From IMG/VR virus record IMGVR_UViG_3300029875_000335: a stretch of 31,966 nucleotides of DNA; one strand, 5' to 3'. Under the pieces are notes generated by a model that was not told the origin of the DNA, did no database searches, and saw only the letters and a program-made list of their open reading frames with translations. This document shows, in pieces, positions 1-8,069 of the stretch. A program made the position numbers and the translations under genes. The first letter of the stretch is position 1; every line of letters begins with the position of its first letter. The DNA comes from a virus (Duplodnaviria; Heunggongvirae; Uroviricota; Caudoviricetes; Peduoviridae).

Positions 1-1011
1 TTATAACGTCACTCCGCCTTTTAGTGGATTCAGAGCGACGGCATTTTGCAGATAGTCAGGCGCAAGGTGCGCATAGGCCATCGTCTGCTGAATGCTCGCA
101 TGTCCCAGAATCTGTTGCAGTGCGATTATATTGCCCCCATTCATCATGAAATGGCTTGCGAATGTATGTCGCAGGATGTGGGTTGCCTGATTGGGTGGTA
201 TATCAGGTTTCACTCTGCGTAAAATCCCGCAAAATTTCTCATAATCAACTTTGAATAATTTGGCGCTGGCCTCCTCTTTAACTTTTTTCTCCAGTTCCTC
301 AGAAATCGGCACGGTTCGCTTTTTACCGTTTTTGGTTTTCAGGAAGGTAACCCTGCAATTTGTAATCTGTGCTGGTTTTAGCGTGGCAACTTCCGTCCAT
401 CTTCCTCCAGTGCTCAGACATAAAAGCGCGACAAGTAAGTCATCACCAGCCAAAACATTTAACAGTTTTTCGATTTCTGCTTTTTCCAGGAACGTCATTT
501 CAGGGTTGGCCTCCGCCAGTGGCGGCAGTCCGTGAATTGGGTGTTGCCCGGAAAATTCATCCAATTGAATTAATTTTGTGAACATGCCGGATAATCGGTA
601 TATGTCACGGTTTATCGTTGCGGCACTGATACCATCACGTAGTCGCATGGAACGATAATCCATCAAAGCCCTTTTGCTCATCCTGCTCACTGGTATATCA
701 CCTATGCCGCTGATGGTTTTGAGTAGATGATTAAACTCTTTTGTTCCATGCTCGTGGTTTTGCCCGTGATATTTCCACCAGATGTCCAGCAACTCACTCA
801 AAGTCCGGCGGTCTGCTCGCTGGCCTCCCCATTCTTTCTGACTGGCATTGGCGATTGTGTATCGCTCAAATGCTAGTGCTTCAGCTTTTCTTTCGAATTT
901 CCTGCGGATGCGTTTTCCGTCGCGACCGCGAGGTCTAATGTCCACTTCATAGCGACCATCATCGAGCTTCTTAATTGCCATAAGAAAGCCCTCCGGCGCT
1001 GTATTCACCAT
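1..1011 (-). CDS. int: Tyrosine integrase (P2 Int-like)
   Basis: 336-aa ORF with the C-terminal catalytic region typical of tyrosine recombinases (HILRHTFASHF...LGH...YAH) and an N-terminus MAIKKLDDGRYEVDIRP as I recall for P2 Int. An internal ATG at 981 has a better GGAGG RBS and may be the true start. Confidence 0.9.
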   Translation of the reverse strand: MVNTAPEGFLMAIKKLDDGRYEVDIRPRGRDGKRIRRKFERKAEALAFERYTIANASQKEWGGQRADRRTLSELLDIWWKYHGQNHEHGTKEFNHLLKTISGIGDIPVSRMSKRALMDYRSMRLRDGISAATINRDIYRLSGMFTKLIQLDEFSGQHPIHGLPPLAEANPEMTFLEKAEIEKLLNVLAGDDLLVALLCLSTGGRWTEVATLKPAQITNCRVTFLKTKNGKKRTVPISEELEKKVKEEASAKLFKVDYEKFCGILRRVKPDIPPNQATHILRHTFASHFMMNGGNIIALQQILGHASIQQTMAYAHLAPDYLQNAVALNPLKGGVTL

Positions 1012-1050
1012 CTTGGTAGCAAATGATGAAAATGTAATCTTTATATAGAG

Positions 1051-1344
1051 TTAGCCAATCCTTTTCGCGGAGTGGTTGGACTCTGTTGACTCTGGCCCAA
1101 TGTGCGCGAGAGCCGGTGCGATTTGTCCTGCGTCCGGCGCGGTTTTATCTGTCATAAGCCATAGAGCATATTTTTGGAATGTGGGATGCATAGTGATTTT
1201 TAGCAAAGCTGTGCCACCGGGTTCAAAGTTTCCTCCTTCATATTTTTTAAGTGTACTTAGTGGTAAGTCTATGATTTCACAGAATTTTGATTGGCTTAGC
1301 CCTTCAGCCTCACGCAAGGCCTTAATCTTTTCGCTTAATTTCAT
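1051..1344 (-). CDS. C: Immunity repressor C
   Basis: 97-aa ORF divergent from cox, directly upstream of int as in P2; helix-turn-helix-like N-terminus and the QIAPALAH segment I recall from P2 C. Confidence 0.8.
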   Translation of the reverse strand: MKLSEKIKALREAEGLSQSKFCEIIDLPLSTLKKYEGGNFEPGGTALLKITMHPTFQKYALWLMTDKTAPDAGQIAPALAHIGPESTESNHSAKRIG

Positions 1345-1465
1345 TTGACATGGTGCCTATATAGGGACTAAATTCCCTCAAAACTGGAACCTATATAGGT
1401 TCCATTGATTTGAGAATAAACCAGCGTCTAAACGGTTTTGAGTGGTTTAGAAAGGGCTGGATCCT
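1345..1465. promoter_or_regulatory. Divergent Pc/Pe promoter-operator region of the immunity switch
   Basis: 121-bp intergenic region between divergent C and cox; CCTATATAGG occurs twice (1356..1365 and 1390..1399), the second inside the perfect 18-bp palindrome GGAACCTATATAGGTTCC (1386..1403). Confidence 0.55.
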
Positions 1466-1753
1466 ATGAGGGTACCATATATGGACGCTGAAAATTATGT
1501 GATTCAGTATCCGCTGGATGCGGTTCATGTGGATAAATTTGCTGATTTATTAGGGAAGCCAAAGACAGCCGTCAGTGAAATGGTGAAGGCAAATAAATTA
1601 CCAATTATTGAATTACGTGATCCTTGCAAACCGAAGGCTCGTGCCGGTGAAAAATGGGTTTTCATTCCTGAGTTTAATCGCGCTGTACGTGAGGCGTTTT
1701 ATAACCGACCGGTTGAACAGCGTGATGCATGGCTTTTGTGGATGGGGTTGTGA
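1466..1753 (+). CDS. cox: Cox (excisionase / Pc repressor)
   Basis: 95-aa ORF, first gene of the early operon; C-terminus WLLWMGL resembles P2 Cox. Alternative start at 1481 gives 90 aa. Confidence 0.75.
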   Translation: MRVPYMDAENYVIQYPLDAVHVDKFADLLGKPKTAVSEMVKANKLPIIELRDPCKPKARAGEKWVFIPEFNRAVREAFYNRPVEQRDAWLLWMGL

Positions 1754-1755
1754 TT

Positions 1756-1926
1756 ATGAATGAGCCGCGTTGTATTGCTCAGTTATTGCGTAACGAAAGC
1801 CCCAGGGCGATTGACTTCACCATCACCCACGGGAAGGGACGCAAGGGAATCATTATCCGCACCAAAAAACAGAGTCCGTTAAAGAAGGCTCTGACCTTTC
1901 TGAAAAGCCGGAGAGTCTGGAAATGA
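1756..1926 (+). CDS. Small early-operon hypothetical protein
   Basis: 56-aa ORF; start overlaps the cox stop region and its stop overlaps the B start (ATGA); translationally coupled early gene. Confidence 0.5.
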   Translation: MNEPRCIAQLLRNESPRAIDFTITHGKGRKGIIIRTKKQSPLKKALTFLKSRRVWK

Positions 1927-2423
1927 CAGTGATGACGCTTAATCTCGTTGAAAAACAGCCAGCAGCTATGCGCCGGATAATTGGTAAGCATCTGGCCGTC
2001 CCTCGCTGGCAGGATACATGTGATTATTATAATCAGATGATGGAACGCGAACGGCTAACGGTTTGCTTTCATGCGCAGTTAAAACAACGTCATGCAACGA
2101 TGCGTTTTGAAGAAATGAACGACGTCGAACGTGAACGGCTGGTTTGTGCAATTGATGAATTGCGTGGGGCATTCTCAAAACGCCGTCAGGTTGGCGCAAG
2201 TGAGTATGCATATATTAGTTTTTTAACAGTCAGTCAGCGTCGTACTTTATTTATGCATGCCGGATTGACTGAAAAAGAATTCAACCAGCCATACTGGCGC
2301 ATTAATGAAGAATCATGTTACTGGCGTGATGCTTTATTCCGTGCATTACGTGAATTATTCAGTCTGTTTGAGTATGCACCGACAATTCTGACGTCGGTAA
2401 AACCAGAGCAATATCTGCATTAA
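1923..2423 (+). CDS. B: Replication protein B (helicase-loader-like)
   Basis: 166-aa ORF, same length and position as P2 gpB, preceded by a GGAG RBS. Confidence 0.65.
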   Translation: MTVMTLNLVEKQPAAMRRIIGKHLAVPRWQDTCDYYNQMMERERLTVCFHAQLKQRHATMRFEEMNDVERERLVCAIDELRGAFSKRRQVGASEYAYISFLTVSQRRTLFMHAGLTEKEFNQPYWRINEESCYWRDALFRALRELFSLFEYAPTILTSVKPEQYLH

Positions 2424-2486
2424 GTAATTAACCAGAGTTTTTAACGCACTTAATTGTGCGGGGCTTCTTTTTGCCTGGAGAAAGTC

Positions 2487-2711
2487 ATGCATACAGTTTC
2501 TGAAAATCAGTGCGGTAAATACGCATTACTGCTGCAACAGGCCAGAACCGAAGCACAGGCCGACGCAGCGACGCGCTTTTCTTCTCATCTTGACGCCATG
2601 ATTCGCCACATCACAAAGGCGGAGTTATCCCGCGTGGAGATAGTCGAGCTGCTCAGTCAGGAGTCGGAAAAATTTCACAATATCGGATTGTCTCGCGGGG
2701 AGGTGCTTTGA
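2487..2711 (+). CDS. Early-operon hypothetical protein
   Basis: 74-aa ORF from the ATG at 2487 (GGAG RBS); stop overlaps the next start. Confidence 0.5.
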   Translation: MHTVSENQCGKYALLLQQARTEAQADAATRFSSHLDAMIRHITKAELSRVEIVELLSQESEKFHNIGLSRGEVL

Positions 2712-3010
2712 TGTCCTGTTCTCATTCAGTTGTATTACTGAATAACGCCTTAAAAATCGCCGTTATGGAAAATGGTGATTTGTCTCTTATTCAACTTTGT
2801 CTTGATAAAGAAAAACGCGACATAACTGAATCTGTTATCGCGATTTATCAGAATGAATTAAACCTCCTGTCTGATGTGGTCAATTTACTTGTTAAACGTG
2901 CTGTATTCCACAAGCAAATTTCCTCAGTGGATGAACTGACAAAATTAACGACAGAACTCGCCAGTTATTGCGCTGATGTATCCAGGAAACTTAACGATAA
3001 AAGGAGCTGA
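2711..3010 (+). CDS. Early-operon hypothetical protein
   Basis: 99-aa ORF with a GGAGG RBS; translationally coupled to its neighbours. Confidence 0.5.
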   Translation: MSCSHSVVLLNNALKIAVMENGDLSLIQLCLDKEKRDITESVIAIYQNELNLLSDVVNLLVKRAVFHKQISSVDELTKLTTELASYCADVSRKLNDKRS

Positions 3011-3012
3011 TA

Positions 3013-3237
3013 ATGCCGGACAACGTAGATTTTATTCAGGAACAACAGGCTGAATTACTGGAGCGCCAGATTAACGCGGCAAGGGGTAAACATTGCGGTG
3101 TTTCTTCGCTGGTTTGCGAAGAGTGTGACGCTCCAATACCTGCTGCCCGTCGTGCGGCTTATCCGTCAGCCACGCGTTGTGTTTCCTGTCAGTCAGTCTT
3201 TGAAGCAAAAAACAAACATTACCGGAGAACGGCATGA
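3013..3237 (+). CDS. TraR/DksA-family C4 zinc-finger protein
   Basis: 74 aa with a CxxC...CxxC arrangement (C-EEC-D ... CVSCQ) and an AAGGAG RBS. Confidence 0.65.
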   Translation: MPDNVDFIQEQQAELLERQINAARGKHCGVSSLVCEECDAPIPAARRAAYPSATRCVSCQSVFEAKNKHYRRTA

Positions 3238-3509
3238 GTATTCGTATTGAAATTGGCGAACGTTATGTCGTTACCAGTGACAGCTTTCAGTTTATTCTCC
3301 ACGAGAAAAAGAGAGCGGAAAGCGGTAAAAACGCCGGTCAGGAATGGCTGGCGGTGGTTGGTTATTACCCGAAATTAAGCCAGCTCGTTTCCGGCCTGAT
3401 GCATCACGATATTCTGACCGGAAGCGCAACGTCTTTTGCTGATTTAAACGCGCAGGTTGAGCAACTCAGCAAGCGTTGTTCAGAGGCTTTTGGCTCATAT
3501 GGCCGTTAA
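3234..3509 (+). CDS. Early-operon hypothetical protein
   Basis: 91-aa ORF; ATGA overlap with the upstream gene; its stop overlaps the start of A. Confidence 0.5.
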   Translation: MSIRIEIGERYVVTSDSFQFILHEKKRAESGKNAGQEWLAVVGYYPKLSQLVSGLMHHDILTGSATSFADLNAQVEQLSKRCSEAFGSYGR

Positions 3510-5781
3510 AGCCTCCGGGCGTTTTGTCCCTCCGTCAGCATTTGCCGCAGGCACCGGTGAGACGTTTACCGGTGCTTATGCATGGAACGCGCCACGCGAG
3601 GCCGTCGGGCGCGAAAGACCCCTTACACGTGACGAGATGCGTCAGGTGCAAGGTGTTTTATCCACGATTAATCGCCTGCCTTACTTTTTGCGCTCGCTGT
3701 TTACTTCACGCTATGACTACATCCGGCGCAATAAAAGCCCGGTGCACGGGTTTTATTTCCTCACATCCACTTTTCAGCGTCGTTTATGGCCGCGCATTGA
3801 GCGCGTTAATCAGCGCCATGAAATGAACACCGACGCGTCGTTGCTGTTTCTGGCAGAGCGTGACCACTATGCGCGCCTGCCGGGAATGAATGACAAGGAG
3901 CTGAAAAAGTTTGCCGCCCGTATCTCATCGCAGCTTTTCATGATGTATGAGGAACTCAGCGATGCCTGGGTGGATGCGCATGGCGAAAAAGAATCACTGT
4001 TTACGGATGAGGCTCAGGCTCACCTGTATGGTCATGTTGCTGGCGCTGCACGAGCTTTCAATATTTCCCCTCTCTACTGGAAAAAATACCGTAAAGGACA
4101 GATGACCACGAGGCAGGCTTATTCTGCCATTGCCCGTCTGTTTAACGATGAGTGGTGGACTCATCAGCTTAAAGGCCAGCGTATGCGCTGGCATGAGGCG
4201 TTACTGATTGCTGTCGGGGAGGTCAATAAAGACCGTTCTCCTTATGCCAGTAAACATGCCATTCGTGATGTGCGTGCGCGCCGCCAGGCAAATCTGGAGT
4301 TTCTTAAATCATGTGACCTTGAAAACAGGGAAACCGGCGAGCGCATCGACCTTATCAGTAAGGTGATGGGCAGTATTTCTAATCCTGAAATTCGCCGGAT
4401 GGAGCTGATGAACACCATTGCCGGTATTGAGCGTTACGCCGCCGCAGAGGGTGATGTGGGGATGTTTATCACGCTGACCACGCCGTCAAAGTATCACCCG
4501 ACACGTCAGGTCGGAAAAGGAGAAAGTAAAACCGTCCAGCTTAATCACGGCTGGAACGATGAGGCATTTAATCCAAAGGATGCGCAGCGTTATCTCTGCC
4601 GCATCTGGAGCCTGATGCGCACGGCATTCAAGGATAATGATTTACAGGTCTACGGTTTGCGTGTCGTCGAGCCCCACCACGACGGAACGCCGCACTGGCA
4701 TATGATGCTTTTTTGTCATCCACGCCAGCGTAACCAGATTATCGAAATCATGCGTCGCTATGCGCTCAAAGAGGATGGTGACGAAAGAGGAGCCGCGCGA
4801 AACCGTTTTCAGGCAAAGCACCTTAACCGGGGCGGTGCTGCGGGATATATCGCGAAATACATTTCAAAAAACATCGACGGCTATGCACTGGATGGTCAGC
4901 TCGATAACGATACCGGCAGGCCGCTGAAAGACACTGCCGCGGCTGTTACCGCATGGGCGTCAACGTGGCGCATTCCGCAATTTAAAACGGTTGGCCTGCC
5001 GACAATGGGGGCTTACCGTGAACTACGCAAATTGCCTCGCGGCGTCAGCATTGCTGATGAGTTTGACGAACGCGTCGAGGCTGCACGCGCTGCCGCAGAC
5101 AGTGGTGATTTTGCGTTGTATATCAGCGCGCAGGGTGGGGCAAATGTTCCGCGCGATTGTCAGACTGTCAGGGTTGCCCGTAGCCCGTCGGATGAAGTTA
5201 ACGAGTACGAGGAAGAAGTCGAGAGAGTGGTCGGCATTTACGCGCCGCATCTCGGCGCGCGTCATATTCATATCACCAGAACGACGGACTGGCGCATTGT
5301 TCCGAAAGTGCCGGTCGTTGAGCCTTTGACTTTAAAAAGCGGCATCGCCGCGCCTCGGAGTCCTGTCAATAACTGTGGAAAGCTCACCGGTGGTGATACT
5401 TCGTTACCGGCTCCCACGCCTTCTGAGCACGCCGCAGCAGTGCTTAATCTGGTTGATGACGGTGTTATCGAATGGAATGACCCGGAGGTCGTGAGGGCGC
5501 TCAGGGGCGCATTAAAACACGGCCTGAGAAGACCAAACCGTCAGCAAAGAAACGGAAGCCCGTTAAAACCGCATGAAATAGCGCCATCGGCCAGACTGAC
5601 CCGGTCGGAAAGAATGCAAATTACCCGTATCCGCGTTGACCTTGCTCAGAACGGTATCAGGCCGCAGCGATGGGAGCTTGAGGCGCTGGCGCGTGGTGCG
5701 ACCGTAAATTACAACGGGAAAAAATTTACGTATCCGGTCGCTGATGAGTGGAGTTGGTTTTATTGTTATTCAGAGCAATAA
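3499..5781 (+). CDS. A: Replication initiation protein A (rolling-circle HUH endonuclease)
   Basis: 760-aa product from the ATG at 3499 (MAVKASGRF...), matching P2 gpA in length; HUH-like motif EPHHDGTPHWHMMLF and active-site tyrosine region GYIAKYISKN. Confidence 0.9.
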   Translation: MAVKASGRFVPPSAFAAGTGETFTGAYAWNAPREAVGRERPLTRDEMRQVQGVLSTINRLPYFLRSLFTSRYDYIRRNKSPVHGFYFLTSTFQRRLWPRIERVNQRHEMNTDASLLFLAERDHYARLPGMNDKELKKFAARISSQLFMMYEELSDAWVDAHGEKESLFTDEAQAHLYGHVAGAARAFNISPLYWKKYRKGQMTTRQAYSAIARLFNDEWWTHQLKGQRMRWHEALLIAVGEVNKDRSPYASKHAIRDVRARRQANLEFLKSCDLENRETGERIDLISKVMGSISNPEIRRMELMNTIAGIERYAAAEGDVGMFITLTTPSKYHPTRQVGKGESKTVQLNHGWNDEAFNPKDAQRYLCRIWSLMRTAFKDNDLQVYGLRVVEPHHDGTPHWHMMLFCHPRQRNQIIEIMRRYALKEDGDERGAARNRFQAKHLNRGGAAGYIAKYISKNIDGYALDGQLDNDTGRPLKDTAAAVTAWASTWRIPQFKTVGLPTMGAYRELRKLPRGVSIADEFDERVEAARAAADSGDFALYISAQGGANVPRDCQTVRVARSPSDEVNEYEEEVERVVGIYAPHLGARHIHITRTTDWRIVPKVPVVEPLTLKSGIAAPRSPVNNCGKLTGGDTSLPAPTPSEHAAAVLNLVDDGVIEWNDPEVVRALRGALKHGLRRPNRQQRNGSPLKPHEIAPSARLTRSERMQITRIRVDLAQNGIRPQRWELEALARGATVNYNGKKFTYPVADEWSWFYCYSEQ

Positions 5782-5853
5782 ACATCTGATTTAATTTGTT
5801 GCATAATAGTAAAATTGCTGTTTATCTGCATGTGTTAACTATTGATAATTATG

Positions 5854-5881
5854 TTGCTAATAATGTGTGCAAATTTATACT
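5854..5881 (+). promoter_or_regulatory. Putative sigma70 promoter for cargo gene 1
   Basis: TTGCTA, 16-nt spacer, TATACT, then AAGGTG RBS 6 nt upstream of the ATG at 5898. Confidence 0.35.
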
Positions 5882-5897
5882 GAAAAAGGTGAAAACG

Positions 5898-7730
5898 ATG
5901 AATGATATCTTTGTTCTTACAAGGGAAGAGCTTGAAACACTAGATTATAGTGTTTTTATGCATATACCAGTTACATTTCATGCACATAAAATAAAAAAAT
6001 ATCTGGATGGGATTGCTGAATCATCAGAAAACCCCAAAGAGAAAAAATTAGCATCTCTTTTTGGTATGCTATATAGTTTCAATTTGCAAGTTGTTAACAA
6101 CACTCCATCATTTGAACCCCAAATGATTTGGGGTAATAAAAGATCAATATTGCCTGAAGATTTTGATGAGCAGGTGAATGACTGTCTTTTATATGTTTCT
6201 CAAAAAATAACCAATCCATTTTTGTTATCAAGAATATATGATGTTGTTTGGTGTAATAATCGGAAAAATAAAGACGTGGCAATTAAAGCAATTGATTCCT
6301 ATGCTGAAATGCTAAATATAGCAATTGAAAAGCTAATAATAAAAAACGAAAGCATGGATGAAAGTGATTTAAATTGCTTTATTTTTGCTCGTGATTATAT
6401 TGCTAGGGCTTTGCACATTAATAAAATGGTCTACCCTAGAAAATCAGAAGGAAACATGGCGATTAAAAATGCCATTCATTCTCTTTATAGTATTCAAAAT
6501 GAAAGATTAATCTTTGAAGGTTTCAATAATTTGACTTGGTTTATGGTGCGTGATTTTGATGGGTATAATCTGCAGTATGCGGAAAATGCTGAGAAGATGG
6601 CTGAGCAGCATAAAGATAAAAAATATTATGATGCTGTAAAATCACTTTATATGACAAGTGCAGTTATTTATGAAAAAAATGGTGAGTATGAACGTGCCAA
6701 GAGATGTAAACTGGCATCTGCAAATATTACTATTAAAGTTGCAACAGATCGACCTGATAATATGGGTAAGATCTCTTGGTTAAGAACAGCTATCTCTGAA
6801 TTAAGACAGTACGGTGGTGATAGCCAACAGATAGAAGATTTAAAGGAACAACTTGCTAATTTGAGAGAAGAAGTAAGGAGTGAATATGTCACTTTAAGCC
6901 ATTCTATTGATATTAGTGACTTGGTTGCTGAAAGTGAAAAAAAACTGACGGGGCGTTCTTTGCCCGATATATTCAAAGTTTTAATGAGTGAAACACCGAT
7001 TGAAAATATTGAAAGCATGAGGGAACAAGTTTTAAAATTATCAGAAAAAAGTTTATTCTCTAGTTTTGTTGGAACAGAAATTAATGATGAGAGTGGGCGT
7101 AAGATATATACAATCCCGCCGTTGGATAATAAAAAAGATATGAGTGATGATGTTGTTATTGATCAATATCTAAGAAATTTCGAGATTACTCATAAGATTT
7201 TTGTAAACGGTGTCTTTGAACCTGCTCGCTATGTACTTTCTCAAGAACATGGCTTGACGTTGTCAACATTCGTTAAATTGGTTACAACTAGTCCAATTGT
7301 CAAGCCGGAGTTTAGGGAGATTTTTAATTTGGGCTTTTACAAATTATGGCAGGGAGATTACATCAGTGCAGCTTATCTTTTAATACCACAAATGGAAGGT
7401 ATGGTTCGTTATTATTATGAGCTTAGCGGAAAGGATGCTACTAGATATTTGGATAAGGGATTAGAGGAGTCAACAAGTATTTCTCAGCTTCTAGATAAAT
7501 GCAGAGATGATTTGGAAAGTATCTTTTCTAAAAATCTTGTTTTGACTATCGATGTTCTTTTTAACAGAAAGAGTGGGGCAACCTTAAGACATAAATTAGC
7601 ACATGGTAATTTATATACTAATGCTTGTTACGATGAAACAACGACATATGCATGCATCCTGATTTTCTTTCTGTGTGCTTATCCTCTCCTACCATATTTT
7701 GATACTGTTTTTGAACAGGGCTCTGTTTGA
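5898..7730 (+). CDS. AT-rich orphan cargo protein at the tin/old locus; candidate anti-phage protein
   Basis: 610-aa ORF between A and cos, visibly low in GC against the backbone; own promoter and RBS; no Walker A P-loop, so not Old-like; R-H-K-L-A-H (R-x4-H) at residues 564-569 (7587..7604). The upstream TTG at 5796 is an unlikely start. Confidence 0.75.
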   Translation: MNDIFVLTREELETLDYSVFMHIPVTFHAHKIKKYLDGIAESSENPKEKKLASLFGMLYSFNLQVVNNTPSFEPQMIWGNKRSILPEDFDEQVNDCLLYVSQKITNPFLLSRIYDVVWCNNRKNKDVAIKAIDSYAEMLNIAIEKLIIKNESMDESDLNCFIFARDYIARALHINKMVYPRKSEGNMAIKNAIHSLYSIQNERLIFEGFNNLTWFMVRDFDGYNLQYAENAEKMAEQHKDKKYYDAVKSLYMTSAVIYEKNGEYERAKRCKLASANITIKVATDRPDNMGKISWLRTAISELRQYGGDSQQIEDLKEQLANLREEVRSEYVTLSHSIDISDLVAESEKKLTGRSLPDIFKVLMSETPIENIESMREQVLKLSEKSLFSSFVGTEINDESGRKIYTIPPLDNKKDMSDDVVIDQYLRNFEITHKIFVNGVFEPARYVLSQEHGLTLSTFVKLVTTSPIVKPEFREIFNLGFYKLWQGDYISAAYLLIPQMEGMVRYYYELSGKDATRYLDKGLEESTSISQLLDKCRDDLESIFSKNLVLTIDVLFNRKSGATLRHKLAHGNLYTNACYDETTTYACILIFFLCAYPLLPYFDTVFEQGSV

Positions 7731-7881
7731 TAACGTATACGTTGAGGCATAAAACCTATGCATACTTAGCTGCATCAATTTGCACGAGGTATTTCAGTAT
7801 GCATTTTCTGCGTAATAGTAGGGATTGCTTGGTTTGGTAGTTGTAATTCAACTGCATTCAAACCGACCCATGAAGCGGGCG

Positions 7882-7900
7882 GGCGAGGCGGGGAAAGCAC
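7882..7900. other. cos site (19-nt cohesive end, phage genome termini)
   Basis: GGCGAGGCGGGGAAAGCAC matches the P2 cohesive-end sequence as I recall it; located between the A-side cargo and Q as expected for an integrated P2. Confidence 0.7.
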
Positions 7901-8040
7901 TGCGCGCTGGCGGTGGTGCTGATTTTATTTTTTCAGCGTCTGAGCGCGTCGTGATGGCGTTTAGATTGTGCGTCGGGGCGTTGGTGTGTCTAAGGGGTGT
8001 TTTGTGCTGTGGTGAGCGTGTGAGGGCGTGATGACGGGGT

Positions 8041-8064
8041 GTAAAAAAGCCGCCCGCAGGCGGC
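8041..8064 (-). terminator. Rho-independent terminator downstream of Q
   Basis: GC hairpin GCCGCC-CGCA-GGCGGC (8049..8064) followed on the minus strand by a U-run (A6 at 8043..8048), just past the Q stop. Confidence 0.55.
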
Positions 8065-8069
8065 GATGT

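Noticed and set aside
5796-5897. N-terminal extension of cargo gene 1 from the TTG at 5796
   Set aside because: The extension would start at a TTG without an RBS and would run through the predicted promoter; the ATG at 5898 has a well-placed AAGGTG RBS.
5898-7730. Possibility that cargo gene 1 is an Old-family OLD/TOPRIM ATPase, as in P2
   Set aside because: No Walker A (GxxxxGK[ST]) motif is present anywhere in the 610-aa protein; the only GK is MGKIS, which does not fit.
7732-7743. Perfect 12-bp palindrome AACGTATACGTT immediately after the cargo gene 1 stop
   Set aside because: Too short and loop-less to be a terminator hairpin and not followed by a T-run; it could be a binding site but there is no supporting repeat or context.
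7825-8031. 68-aa GC-rich ORF spanning the cos site
   Set aside because: It overlaps the cohesive-end sequence and the packaging-proximal non-coding region, has no RBS, and a Gly/Ala/Arg-rich composition typical of chance ORFs in GC-rich DNA.
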